From: the human T2T-CHM13v2.0 reference genome, Homo sapiens
Length of the DNA: 64,000 nucleotides
Assembly (NCBI RefSeq): GCF_009914755.1
Contig: NC_060929.1
Strand: one strand, 5' to 3'
Shown here: positions 43,273-60,442 of the stretch, piece by piece
Layout of the letters: each line of letters opens with the position of its first letter
How positions within the stretch are numbered: the stretch's first letter is position 1
Notes under the pieces: model-generated
Seen by the model: the letters and a program-made list of their open reading frames with translations, nothing else
Database searches by the model: none
What the model was told of the DNA's origin: nothing
Program-made: the position numbers and the translations under genes

Positions 43273-46100
43273 GCCCAGGGCCAGAGGGCAGGGTCTGTTT
43301 GTGCAGGAATAAGTACCGCGTTCATCTTCCAATGACAGGAGTGTGTGCGCCGGAGCTCCCGCATCTCAGTCCCACCTGGATTTACCCACGATCTTCGTGT
43401 CTTAAAATGCGAAGTTGCCCTTACCTGGATGAAGACAGCAGATCGCTTCATAGGAGCCTTGGCTAAATCTTTGGGCATTTTAATGGGATGTGGAGGCGTT
43501 TCTCTATGTCTTTCCAGCTGGAGGAATCAAGGTGCCTGGGCCTAGAGCATCCTGTGGACAGGCAGCTGCATTCAGAGAGGGAAGCCCTTCCCAGGAGATC
43601 TGTATGGTTTCCTGCTGAAGCCTGGTGTAGCTCTGTCTTAGCTTGTAGGCTTATGTCTGGGTTCCAGTAATTGGAGCTTGCAGAAATGTTTCCCCGATTG
43701 TTGTTCTTCTGTAGAATTTCAACGCTCATATGTATTTTTGTGAGTCACCACGAAAACAGTTAAACTGATCAACCGTTTTCCAAACTGCAGACACCAAAAT
43801 GAAATCACAAAGCACTTTCTTTTTTTCCCCTAAGTTGACTCTTCTATTCCTGCCTGCTGTGCTTTATGTCAGCAAGTGACCCTTTCCTGTATTATAATGC
43901 AGTATAGTATAGATGCATCATGTAAGACCAGAGAGAAACCGATTCCAAAACCACCTTTCCTCAAGCCGCCGTTTGTAACGACCATATGGGTGGTTTGAAG
44001 GACACAGAGAGAGCCTATTGACACTTCACTTTCGCTACACGTGGTGATTTTTCCAGTGCTTCCGGAGACACTGAAATTTAGTTCCAAACATTGCCTTAGA
44101 GGATTCTTGATTTTATTCATTCTACCGATGATCCACTCAGAAAATCAAACCTGAGTACGGAGACATTGGAGAAGTCGTTAAAGTATTGGACCAAGTCGGT
44201 TCGTCACGAGTGACAAAGTTATTCCACACTCTACTTGTACATACTCTGCTTTGCCTTCATGATGGCAAAGAGTAATTTTTCGCTATAGAGTAAAAACCCG
44301 AGATTTATTACGGAATCAGCGTGAACCTTCCCAGCACAGCTCACAGAGCATACGCCAAAAATTACAGTGTGATTCAGTTTCAAAAATTGTCTGTAGTGAC
44401 CTGTGAATTCACAGCTCGTGAGGACATTCTTTAGTTCGGCTGAAGCCAAAAAACCTGGAACCATCGAAATGGGAAGAAGTGGAGTCTGCCAAATTCTGCC
44501 TCTTACACTTTCAGCTACCACGCCATGTTCAACTATTGTACTTGATAAGGATTGGAAACTTAAGGTACTGAAAATTTCAACAGAGTTTCACCAGAGTAGT
44601 ATTTCTTGTGAGAAAGCCATGATCTCATCAGTAACGCCTTTCTAAAAGATCCAACAGAAAATATGAACTAGCAACTCATCCTGACAAGGAAGTAAAACTC
44701 AGGAAAAATCCTAAGGCAGAGCAGCGTCAGGCTTCAGTGTGAAACTATCATAGTCTGGGCGCGGTGGCTCACGCCTATAGTCCCTTCACTTTGGGAAGCC
44801 AAGGTGGGGCAGATCACCTGAAGTCAGCAGTTCAAGACCAGCCTGGCCAAAATGGCGAGACCTCGTCTCTACTTGAGCAAATACAAAAATTTGCCCGGCG
44901 TGGTAGCGCGCACATTTAGTCCCAGCCACTCTGGAGGCTGAGGCAGGAGAATCCGTTGAGCCTAGGATGCCGAGGCTGCAGTGGGCTGAGATGAGGCCGC
45001 TGTAATCCAGCCTGGGGGACAGAGCGAGGCACTGTCTCAGAAATAAACAAATAAAATAAAATAAACTAAAATAAAGTGACGTAAAATAAAATTGAAATAA
45101 TATTTTCACGTTTCCCTCACCCAGCCCATTTTATTTTCAGAGTATTTGATAAACCGCTTTCTTCCCTGTGCGTTAGAGAGTTTTTTTTCTCAGACATCGA
45201 AGTTTTCTAATGCTCAACTTCGTAAAATGTCTCATTTTTACTGTAAATAGTTTCTTTACTGTTGTGAGATGTGAACTTTGCGATTCTGTGAAGAGGACTG
45301 AATTCTGAAATGCCCCCTGCATTTCCCGCCCCTCGGAGAGTCGCCCTGTGTCTGCCCCTCCCTTGGGTGTGGGCGGAAGCACGAATTGTTGTGCCCGCCC
45401 GACTTCCTCATTAGATTGGGGGGTATCCTGAACCAACGGCTGCTAAGGGCTGGGTCTAATCCAGTCATCTGAGCCCTTTATAAGGGAGGACTGAACCCCC
45501 CTGTGATTACGCTCCCCTGTGGGAGATTCCCCAGCACTGGCTGTGCACACCCAGGGAGCCTCACGGCCCAGACCTGGGCAGCACGGGTAGGAGCTGAGAG
45601 CATCCTCACGGCAGCAGGCAGAACAAACAAGTGGGCCTGGGGCTCGCAACCCTGAGGCATTGTTGAATTCTGCCACCAACTCGAATCGGATCGAAGCCAG
45701 ACCCTTCTCAGGTGGAGGCAACGACCGCACAGCCAGACCCATCCTGGAGGTCCCTCGTGGGACTCTGAGCAGGAGGCAGTCACTTGGCCTAGCAGAACTT
45801 CTGACCTGTGAGCTGGTGTTTGTTTTAAATACCCCAAATTGGTGAGAATTCGTTCTGCATTGACCTAAAACTAACATACTCTCCTTCCACAAGTTTCTTC
45901 ACACTGTGGAAGCGAGAAAATTCAGTGTGTGTGTTTGTGTGTGGGAAGGGGCGGCCGGGAGCCGTGTCCGGTTACGGCGAAACTGGCTCAGCAGAAACAC
46001 AGCAGCTAAAATCTTTGAAAGGTTCTCATCGCAGATCCACAATCAAACCACCCCAGCCGGAACTTCTGCCTGTACAGCTGCTGTCACGGAGCAGACTTGA

Positions 46101-46706
<606 letters not shown>

Positions 46707-49534
46707 GCCCAGGGCCAGAGGGCAGGGTCTGTTTGTGCAGGAATAAGTACCGCGTTCATCTTCCAATGACAGGAGTGTGTGCGCCGGAGCTCCCGCATCT
46801 CAGTCCCACCTGGATTTACCCACGATCTTCGTGTCTTAAAATGCGAAGTTGCCCTTACCTGGATGAAGACAGCAGATCGCTTCATAGGAGCCTTGGCTAA
46901 ATCTTTGGGCATTTTAATGGGATGTGGAGGCGTTTCTCTATGTCTTTCCAGCTGGAGGAATCAAGGTGCCTGGGCCTAGAGCATCCTGTGGACAGGCAGC
47001 TGCATTCAGAGAGGGAAGCCCTTCCCAGGAGATCTGTATGGTTTCCTGCTGAAGCCTGGTGTAGCTCTGTCTTAGCTTGTAGGCTTATGTCTGGGTTCCA
47101 GTAATTGGAGCTTGCAGAAATGTTTCCCCGATTGTTGTTCTTCTGTAGAATTTCAACGCTCATATGTATTTTTGTGAGTCACCACGAAAACAGTTAAACT
47201 GATCAACCGTTTTCCAAACTGCAGACACCAAAATGAAATCACAAAGCACTTTCTTTTTTTCCCCTAAGTTGACTCTTCTATTCCTGCCTGCTGTGCTTTA
47301 TGTCAGCAAGTGACCCTTTCCTGTATTATAATGCAGTATAGTATAGATGCATCATGTAAGACCAGAGAGAAACCGATTCCAAAACCACCTTTCCTCAAGC
47401 TGCCGTTTGTAACGACCATATGGGCGGTTTGAAGGACAGAGAGAGAGCCTACTGACACTTCACTTTCGCTACACGTGGTGATTTTTCCAGTGCTTCCGGA
47501 GACACTGAAATTTAGTTCCAAACATTGCCTTAGAGGATTCTTGATTTTATTCATTCTACCGATGATCCACTCAGAAAATCAAACCTGAGTACGGAGACAT
47601 TGGAGAAGTCGTTAAAGTGTTGGACCAAGTCGGTTCGTCACGAGTGACAAGGTTATTCCACACTCTACTTGTACATACTCTGCTTTGCCTTCATGATGGC
47701 AAAGAGTAATTTTTCGCTATAGAGTAAAAACCCGAGATTTATTACGGAATCAGCGTGAACCTTCCCAGCACAGCTCACAGAGCATACGCCAAAAATTACA
47801 GTGTGATTCAGTTTCAAAAATTGTCTGTAGTGACCTGTGAATTCACAGCTCGTGAGGACATTCTTTAGTTCGGCTGAAGCCAAAAAACCTGGAACCATCG
47901 AAATGGGAAGAAGTGGAGTCTGCCAAATTCTGCCTCTTACACTTTCAGCTACCACGCCATGTTCAACTATTGTACTTGATAAGGATTGGAAACTTAAGGT
48001 ACTGATAATTTCAACAGAGTTTCACCAGAGTAGTATTTCTTGTGAGAAAGCCATGATCTCATCAGTAACGCCTTTCTAAAAGATCCAACAGAAAATATGA
48101 ACTAGCAACTCATCCTGACAAGGAAGTAAAACTCAGGAAAAATCCTAAGGCAGAGCAGCGTCAGGCTTCAGTGTGAAACTATCATAGTCTGGGCGCGGTG
48201 GCTCACGCCTATAGTCCCTTCACTTTGGGAAGCCAAGGTGGGGCAGATCACCTGAAGTCAGCAGTTCAAGACCAGCCTGGCCAAAATGGCGAGACCTCGT
48301 CTCTACTTGAGGAAATACAAAAATTTGCCCGGCGTGGTAGCGCGCACATTTAGTCCCAGCCACTCTGGAGGCTGAGGCAGGAGAATCCGTTGAGCCTAGG
48401 ATGCCGAGGCTGCAGTGGGCTGAGATGAGGCCGCTGTAATCCAGCCTGGGGGACAGAGCGAGGCACTGTCTCAGAAATAAACAAATAAAATAAAATAAAC
48501 TAAAATAAAGTGACGTAAAATAAAATTGAAATAATATTTTCACGTTTCCCTCACCCAGCCCATTTTATTTTCAGAGTATTTGATAAACCGCTTTCTTCCC
48601 TGTGCGTTAGAGAGTTTTTTTTCTCAGACATCGAAGTTTTCTAATGCTCAACTTCGTAAAATGTCTCATTTTTACTGTAAATAGTTTCTTTACTGTTGTG
48701 AGATGTGAACTTTGCGATTCTGTGAAGAGGACTGAATTCTGAAATGCCCCCTGCATTTCCCGCCCCTCAGAGAGTCGCCCTGTGTCTGCCCCTCCCTTGG
48801 GTGTGGGCGGAAGCACGAATTGATGTGCCCGCCCGACTTCCTCATTAGATTGGGGGGTATCCTGAACCAACGGCTGCTAAGGGCTGGGTCTAATGCAGTC
48901 ATCTGAGCCCTGTATAAGGGAGGACTGAACCCCCCTGTGATTACGCTCCCCTGTGGGAGATTCCCCAGCACTGGCTGTGCACACCCAGGGAGCCTCACGG
49001 CCCAGACCTGGGCAGCACGGGTAGGAGCTGAGAGCATCCTCACGGCAGCAGGCAGAACAAACAAGTGGGCCTGGGGCTCGCAACCCTGAGGCATTGTTGA
49101 ATTCTGCCACCAACTCGAATCGGATCGAAGCCAGACCCTTCTCAGGTGGAGGCAACGACCGCACAGCCAGACCCATCCTGGAGGTCCCTCGTGGGACTCT
49201 GAGCAGGAGGCAGTCACTTGGCCTAGCAGAACTTCTGACCTGTGAGCTGGTGTTTGTTTTAAATACCCCAAATTGGTGAGAATTCGTTCTGTATTGACCT
49301 AAAACTAACATACTCTCCTTCCACAAGTTTCTTCACACTGTGGAAGCGAGAAAATTCAGTGTGTGTGTTTGTGTGTGGGAAGGGGCGGCCGGGAGCCGTG
49401 TCCGGTTACGGCGAAACTGGCTCAGCAGAAACACAGCAGCTAAAATCTTTGAAAGGTTCTCATCGCAGATCCACAATCAAACCACCCCAGCCGGAACTTC
49501 TGCCTGTACAGCTGCTGTCACGGAGCAGACTTGA

Positions 49535-50140
<606 letters not shown>

Positions 50141-52968
50141 GCCCAGGGCCAGAGGGCAGGGTCTGTTTGTGCAGGAATAAGTACCGCGTTCATCTTCCAA
50201 TGACAGGAGTGTGTGCGCCGGAGCTCCCGCATCTCAGTCCCACCTGGATTTACCCACGATCTTCGTGTCTTAAAATGCGAAGTTGCCCTTACCTGGATGA
50301 AGACAGCAGATCGCTTCATAGGAGCCTTGGCTAAATCTTTGGGCATTTTAATGGGATGTGGAGGCGTTTCTCTATGTCTTTCCAGCTGGAGGAATCAAGG
50401 TGCCTGGGCCTAGAGCATCCTGTGGACAGGCAGCTGCATTCAGAGAGGGAAGCCCTTCCCAGGAGATCTGTATGGTTTCCTGCTGAAGCCTGGTGTAGCT
50501 CTGTCTTAGCTTGTAGGCTTATGTCTGGGTTCCAGTAATTGGAGCTTGCAGAAATGTTTCCCCGATTGTTGTTCTTCTGTAGAATTTCAACGCTCATATG
50601 TATTTTTGTGAGTCACCACGAAAACAGTTAAACTGATCAACCGTTTTCCAAACTGCAGACACCAAAATGAAATCACAAAGCACTTTCTTTTTTTCCCCTA
50701 AGTTGACTCTTCTATTCCTGCCTGCTGTGCTTTATGTCAGCAAGTGACCCTTTCCTGTATTATAATGCAGTATAGTATAGATGCATCATGTAAGACCAGA
50801 GAGAAACCGATTCCAAAACCACCTTTCCTCAAGCCGCCGTTTGTAACGACCATATGGGTGGTTTGAAGGACACAGAGAGAGCCTATTGACACTTCACTTT
50901 CGCTACACGTGGTGATTTTTCCAGTGCTTCCGGAGACACTGAAATTTAGTTCCAAACATTGCCTTAGAGGATTCTTGATTTTATTCATTCTACCGATGAT
51001 CCACTCAGAAAATCAAACCTGAGTACGGAGACATTGGAGAAGTCGTTAAAGTATTGGACCAAGTCGGTTCGTCACGAGTGACAAAGTTATTCCACACTCT
51101 ACTTGTACATACTCTGCTTTGCCTTCATGATGGCAAAGAGTAATTTTTCGCTATAGAGTAAAAACCCGAGATTTATTACGGAATCAGCGTGAACCTTCCC
51201 AGCACAGCTCACAGAGCATACGCCAAAAATTACAGTGTGATTCAGTTTCAAAAATTGTCTGTAGTGACCTGTGAATTCACAGCTCGTGAGGACATTCTTT
51301 AGTTCGGCTGAAGCCAAAAAACCTGGAACCATCGAAATGGGAAGAAGTGGAGTCTGCCAAATTCTGCCTCTTACACTTTCAGCTACCACGCCATGTTCAA
51401 CTATTGTACTTGATAAGGATTGGAAACTTAAGGTACTGAAAATTTCAACAGAGTTTCACCAGAGTAGTATTTCTTGTGAGAAAGCCATGATCTCATCAGT
51501 AACGCCTTTCTAAAAGATCCAACAGAAAATATGAACTAGCAACTCATCCTGACAAGGAAGTAAAACTCAGGAAAAATCCTAAGGCAGAGCAGCGTCAGGC
51601 TTCAGTGTGAAACTATCATAGTCTGGGCGCGGTGGCTCACGCCTATAGTCCCTTCACTTTGGGAAGCCAAGGTGGGGCAGATCACCTGAAGTCAGCAGTT
51701 CAAGACCAGCCTGGCCAAAATGGCGAGACCTCGTCTCTACTTGAGCAAATACAAAAATTTGCCCGGCGTGGTAGCGCGCACATTTAGTCCCAGCCACTCT
51801 GGAGGCTGAGGCAGGAGAATCCGTTGAGCCTAGGATGCCGAGGCTGCAGTGGGCTGAGATGAGGCCGCTGTAATCCAGCCTGGGGGACAGAGCGAGGCAC
51901 TGTCTCAGAAATAAACAAATAAAATAAAATAAACTAAAATAAAGTGACGTAAAATAAAATTGAAATAATATTTTCACGTTTCCCTCACCCAGCCCATTTT
52001 ATTTTCAGAGTATTTGATAAACCGCTTTCTTCCCTGTGCGTTAGAGAGTTTTTTTTCTCAGACATCGAAGTTTTCTAATGCTCAACTTCGTAAAATGTCT
52101 CATTTTTACTGTAAATAGTTTCTTTACTGTTGTGAGATGTGAACTTTGCGATTCTGTGAAGAGGACTGAATTCTGAAATGCCCCCTGCATTTCCCGCCCC
52201 TCGGAGAGTCGCCCTGTGTCTGCCCCTCCCTTGGGTGTGGGCGGAAGCACGAATTGTTGTGCCCGCCCGACTTCCTCATTAGATTGGGGGGTATCCTGAA
52301 CCAACGGCTGCTAAGGGCTGGGTCTAATCCAGTCATCTGAGCCCTTTATAAGGGAGGACTGAACCCCCCTGTGATTACGCTCCCCTGTGGGAGATTCCCC
52401 AGCACTGGCTGTGCACACCCAGGGAGCCTCACGGCCCAGACCTGGGCAGCACGGGTAGGAGCTGAGAGCATCCTCACGGCAGCAGGCAGAACAAACAAGT
52501 GGGCCTGGGGCTCGCAACCCTGAGGCATTGTTGAATTCTGCCACCAACTCGAATCGGATCGAAGCCAGACCCTTCTCAGGTGGAGGCAACGACCGCACAG
52601 CCAGACCCATCCTGGAGGTCCCTCGTGGGACTCTGAGCAGGAGGCAGTCACTTGGCCTAGCAGAACTTCTGACCTGTGAGCTGGTGTTTGTTTTAAATAC
52701 CCCAAATTGGTGAGAATTCGTTCTGCATTGACCTAAAACTAACATACTCTCCTTCCACAAGTTTCTTCACACTGTGGAAGCGAGAAAATTCAGTGTGTGT
52801 GTTTGTGTGTGGGAAGGGGCGGCCGGGAGCCGTGTCCGGTTACGGCGAAACTGGCTCAGCAGAAACACAGCAGCTAAAATCTTTGAAAGGTTCTCATCGC
52901 AGATCCACAATCAAACCACCCCAGCCGGAACTTCTGCCTGTACAGCTGCTGTCACGGAGCAGACTTGA

Positions 52969-53574
<606 letters not shown>

Positions 53575-56402
53575 GCCCAGGGCCAGAGGGCAGGGTCTGT
53601 TTGTGCAGGAATAAGTACCGCGTTCATCTTCCAATGACAGGAGTGTGTGCGCCGGAGCTCCCGCATCTCAGTCCCACCTGGATTTACCCACGATCTTCGT
53701 GTCTTAAAATGCGAAGTTGCCCTTACCTGGATGAAGACAGCAGATCGCTTCATAGGAGCCTTGGCTAAATCTTTGGGCATTTTAATGGGATGTGGAGGCG
53801 TTTCTCTATGTCTTTCCAGCTGGAGGAATCAAGGTGCCTGGGCCTAGAGCATCCTGTGGACAGGCAGCTGCATTCAGAGAGGGAAGCCCTTCCCAGGAGA
53901 TCTGTATGGTTTCCTGCTGAAGCCTGGTGTAGCTCTGTCTTAGCTTGTAGGCTTATGTCTGGGTTCCAGTAATTGGAGCTTGCAGAAATGTTTCCCCGAT
54001 TGTTGTTCTTCTGTAGAATTTCAACGCTCATATGTATTTTTGTGAGTCACCACGAAAACAGTTAAACTGATCAACCGTTTTCCAAACTGCAGACACCAAA
54101 ATGAAATCACAAAGCACTTTCTTTTTTTCCCCTAAGTTGACTCTTCTATTCCTGCCTGCTGTGCTTTATGTCAGCAAGTGACCCTTTCCTGTATTATAAT
54201 GCAGTATAGTATAGATGCATCATGTAAGACCAGAGAGAAACCGATTCCAAAACCACCTTTCCTCAAGCCGCCGTTTGTAACGACCATATGGGCGGTTTGA
54301 AGGACACAGAGAGAGCCTACTGACACTTCACTTTCGCTACACGTGGTGATTTTTCCAGTGCTTCCGGAGACACTGAAATTTAGTTCCAAACATTGCCTTA
54401 GAGGATTCTTCATTTTATTCATTCTACCGATGATCCACTCAGAAAATCAAACCTGAGTACGGAGACATTGGAGAAGTCGTTAAAGTATTGGACCAAGTCG
54501 GTTCGTCACGAGTGACAAAGTTATTCCACACTCTACTTGTACATACTCTGCTTTGCCTTCATGATGGCAAAGAGTAATTTTTCGCTATAGAGTAAAAACC
54601 CGAGATTTATTACGGAATCAGCGTGAACCTTCCCAGCACAGCTCACAGAGCATACGCCAAAAATTACAGTGTGATTCAGTTTCAAAAATTGTCTGTAGTG
54701 ACCTGTGAATTCACAGCTCGTGAGGACATTCTTTAGTTCGGCTGAAGCCAAAAAACCTGGAACCATCGAAATGGGAAGAAGTGGAGTCTGCCAAATTCTG
54801 CCTCTTACACTTTCAGCTACCACGCCATGTTCAACTATTGTACTTGATAAGGATTGGAAACTTAAGGTACTGAAAATTTCAACAGAGTTTCACCAGAGTA
54901 GTATTTCTTGTGAGAAAGCCATGATCTCATCAGTAACGCCTTTCTAAAAGATCCAACAGAAAATATGAACTAGCAACTCATCCTGACAAGGAAGTAAAAC
55001 TCAGGAAAAATCCTAAGGCAGAGCAGCGTCAGGCTTCAGTGTGAAACTATCATAGTCTGGGCGCGGTGGCTCACGCCTATAGTCCCTTCACTTTGGGAAG
55101 CCAAGGTGGGGCAGATCACCTGAAGTCAGCAGTTCAAGACCAGCCTGGCCAAAATGGCGAGACCTCGTCTCTACTTGAGCAAATACAAAAATTTGCCCGG
55201 CGTGGTAGCGCGCACATTTAGTCCCAGCCACTCTGGAGGCTGAGGCAGGAGAATCCGTTGAGCCTAGGATGCCGAGGCTGCAGTGGGCTGAGATGAGGCC
55301 GCTGTAATCCAGCCTGGGGGACAGAGCGAGGCACTGTCTCAGAAATAAACAAATAAAATAAAATAAACTAAAATAAAGTGACGTAAAATAAAATTGAAAT
55401 AATATTTTCACGTTTCCCTCACCCAGCCCATTTTATTTTCAGAGTATTTGATAAACCGCTTTCTTCCCTGTGCGTTAGAGAGTTTTTTTTCTCAGACATC
55501 GAAGTTTTCTAATGCTCAACTTCGTAAAATGTCTCATTTTTACTGTAAATAGTTTCTTTACTGTTGTGAGATGTGAACTTTGCGATTCTGTGAAGAGGAC
55601 TGAATTCTGAAATGCCCCCTGCATTTCCCGCCCCTCGGAGAGTCGCCCTGTGTCTGCCCCTCCCTTGGGTGTGGGCGGAAGCACGAATTGTTGTGCCCGC
55701 CCGACTTCCTCATTAGATTGGGGGGTATCCTGAACCAACGGCTGCTAAGGGCTGGGTCTAATCCAGTCATCTGAGCCCTTTATAAGGGAGGACTGAACCC
55801 CCCTGTGATTACGCTCCCCTGTGGGAGATTCCCCAGCACTGGCTGTGCACACCCAGGGAGCCTCACGGCCCAGACCTGGGCAGCACGGGTAGGAGCTGAG
55901 AGCATCCTCACGGCAGCAGGCAGAACAAACAAGTGGGCCTGGGGCTCGCAACCCTGAGGCATTGTTGAATTCTGCCACCAACTCGAATCGGATCGAAGCC
56001 AGACCCTTCTCAGGTGGAGGCAACGACCGCACAGCCAGACCCATCCTGGAGGTCCCTCGTGGGACTCTGAGCAGGAGGCAGTCACTTGGCCTAGCAGAAC
56101 TTCTGACCTGTGAGCTGGTGTTTGTTTTAAATACCCCAAATTGGTGAGAATTCGTTCTGCATTGACCTAAAACTAACATACTCTCCTTCCACAAGTTTCT
56201 TCACACTGTGGAAGCGAGAAAATTCAGTGTGTGTGTTTGTGTGTGGGAAGGGGCGGCCGGGAGCCGTGTCCGGTTACGGCGAAACTGGCTCAGCAGAAAC
56301 ACAGCAGCTAAAATCTTTGAAAGGTTCTCATCGCAGATCCACAATCAAACCACCCCAGCCGGAACTTCTGCCTGTACAGCTGCTGTCACGGAGCAGACTT
56401 GA

Positions 56403-57008
<606 letters not shown>

Positions 57009-59836
57009 GCCCAGGGCCAGAGGGCAGGGTCTGTTTGTGCAGGAATAAGTACCGCGTTCATCTTCCAATGACAGGAGTGTGTGCGCCGGAGCTCCCGCAT
57101 CTCAGTCCCACCTGGATTTACCCACGATCTTCGTGTCTTAAAATGCGAAGTTGCCCTTACCTGGATGAAGACAGCAGATCGCTTCATAGGAGCCTTGGCT
57201 AAATCTTTGGGCATTTTAATGGGATGTGGAGGCGTTTCTCTATGTCTTTCCAGCTGGAGGAATCAAGGTGCCTGGGCCTAGAGCATCCTGTGGACAGGCA
57301 GCTGCATTCAGAGAGGGAAGCCCTTCCCAGGAGATCTGTATGGTTTCCTGCTGAAGCCTGGTGTAGCTCTGTCTTACCTTGTAGGCTTATGTCTGGGTTC
57401 CAGTAATTGGAGCTTGCAGAAATGTTTCCCCGATTGTTGTTCTTCTGTAGAATTTCAACGCTCATATGTATTTTTGTGAGTCACCACGAAAACAGTTAAG
57501 CTGATCAACCGTTTTCCAAACTGCAGACACCAAATTGAAATCACAAAGCACTTTCTTTTTTTCCCCTAAGTTGACTCTTCTATTCCTGCCTGCTGTGCTT
57601 TATGTCAGCAAGTGACCCTTTCCTGTATTATAATGCAGTATAGTATAGATGCATCATGTAAGACCAGAGAGAAACCGATTCCAAAACCACCTTTCCTCAA
57701 GCCGCCGTTTGTAACGACCATATGGGTGGTTTGAAGGACACAGAGAGAGCCTATTGACACTTCACTTTCGCTACACGTGGTGATTTTTCCAGTGCTTCCG
57801 GAGACACTGAAATTTAGTTCCAAACATTGCCTTAGAGGATTCTTCATTTTATTCATTCTACCGATGATCCACTCAGAAAATCAAACCTGAGTACGGAGAC
57901 ATTGGAGAAGTCGTTAAAGTATTGGACCAAGTCGGTTCGTCACGAGTGACAAAGTTATTCCACACTCTACTTGTACATACTCTGCTTTGCCTTCATGATG
58001 GCAAAGAGTAATTTTTCGCTATAGAGTAAAAACCCGAGATTTATTACGGAATCAGCGTGAACCTTCCCAGCACAGCTCACAGAGCATACGCCAAAAATTA
58101 CAGTGTGATTCAGTTTCAAAAATTGTCTGTAGTGACCTGTGAATTCACAGCTCGTGAGGACATTCTTTAGTTCGGCTGAAGCCAAAAAACCTGGAACCAT
58201 CGAAATGGGAAGAAGTGGAGTCTGCCAAATTCTGCCTCTTACACTTTCAGCTACCACGCCATGTTCAACTATTGTACTTGATAAGGATTGGAAACTTAAG
58301 GTACTGAAAATTTCAACAGAGTTTCACCAGAGTAGTATTTCTTGTGAGAAAGCCATGATCTCATCAGTAACGCCTTTCTAAAAGATCCAACAGAAAATAT
58401 GAACTAGCAACTCATCCTGACAAGGAAGTAAAACTCAGGAAAAATCCTAAGGCAGAGCAGCGTCAGGCTTCAGTGTGAAACTATCATAGTCTGGGCGCGG
58501 TGGCTCACGCCTATAGTCCCTTCACTTTGGGAAGCCAAGGTGGGGCAGATCACCTGAAGTCAGCAGTTCAAGACCAGCCTGGCCAAAATGGCGAGACCTC
58601 GTCTCTACTTGAGCAAATACAAAAATTTGCCCGGCGTGGTAGCGCGCACATTTAGTCCCAGCCACTCTGGAGGCTGAGGCAGGAGAATCCGTTGAGCCTA
58701 GGATGCCGAGGCTGCAGTGGGCTGAGATGAGGCCGCTGTAATCCAGCCTGGGGGACAGAGCGAGGCACTGTCTCAGAAATAAACAAATAAAATAAAATAA
58801 ACTAAAATAAAGTGACGTAAAATAAAATTGAAATAATATTTTCACGTTTCCCTCACCCAGCCCATTTTATTTTCAGAGTATTTGATAAACCGCTTTCTTC
58901 CCTGTGCGTTAGAGAGTTTTTTTTCTCAGACATCGAAGTTTTCTAATGCTCAACTTCGTAAAATGTCTCATTTTTACTGTAAATAGTTTCTTTACTGTTG
59001 TGAGATGTGAACTTTGCGATTCTGTGAAGAGGACTGAATTCTGAAATGCCCCCTGCATTTCCCGCCCCTCGGAGAGTCGCCCTGTGTCTGCCCCTCCCTT
59101 GGGTGTGGGCGGAAGCACGAATTGTTGTGCCCGCCCGACTTCCTCATTAGATTGGGGGGTATCCTGAACCAACGGCTGCTAAGGGCTGGGTCTAATCCAG
59201 TCATCTGAGCCCTTTATAAGGGAGGACTGAACCCCCCTGTGATTACGCTCCCCTGTGGGAGATTCCCCAGCACTGGCTGTGCACACCCAGGGAGCCTCAC
59301 GGCCCAGACCTGGGCAGCACGGGTAGGAGCTGAGAGCATCCTCACGGCAGCAGGCAGAACAAACAAGTGGGCCTGGGGCTCGCAACCCTGAGGCATTGTT
59401 GAATTCTGCCACCAACTCGAATCGGATCGAAGCCAGACCCTTCTCAGGTGGAGGCAACGACCGCACAGCCAGACCCATCCTGGAGGTCCCTCGTGGGACT
59501 CTGAGCAGGAGGCAGTCACTTGGCCTAGCAGAACTTCTGACCTGTGAGCTGGTGTCTGTTTTAAATACCCCAAATTGGTGAGAATTCGTTCTGCATTGAC
59601 CTAAAACTAACATACTCTCCTTCCACAAGTTTCTTCACACTGTGGAAGCGAGAAAATTCAGTGTGTGTGTTTGTGTGTGGGAAGGGGCGGCCGGGAGCCG
59701 TGTCCGGTTACGGCGAAACTGGCTCAGCAGAAACACAGCAGCTAAAATCTTTGAAAGGTTCTCATCGCAGATCCACAATCAAACCACCCCAGCCGGAACT
59801 TCTGCCTGTACAGCTGCTGTCACGGAGCAGACTTGA

Positions 59837-60442
<606 letters not shown>
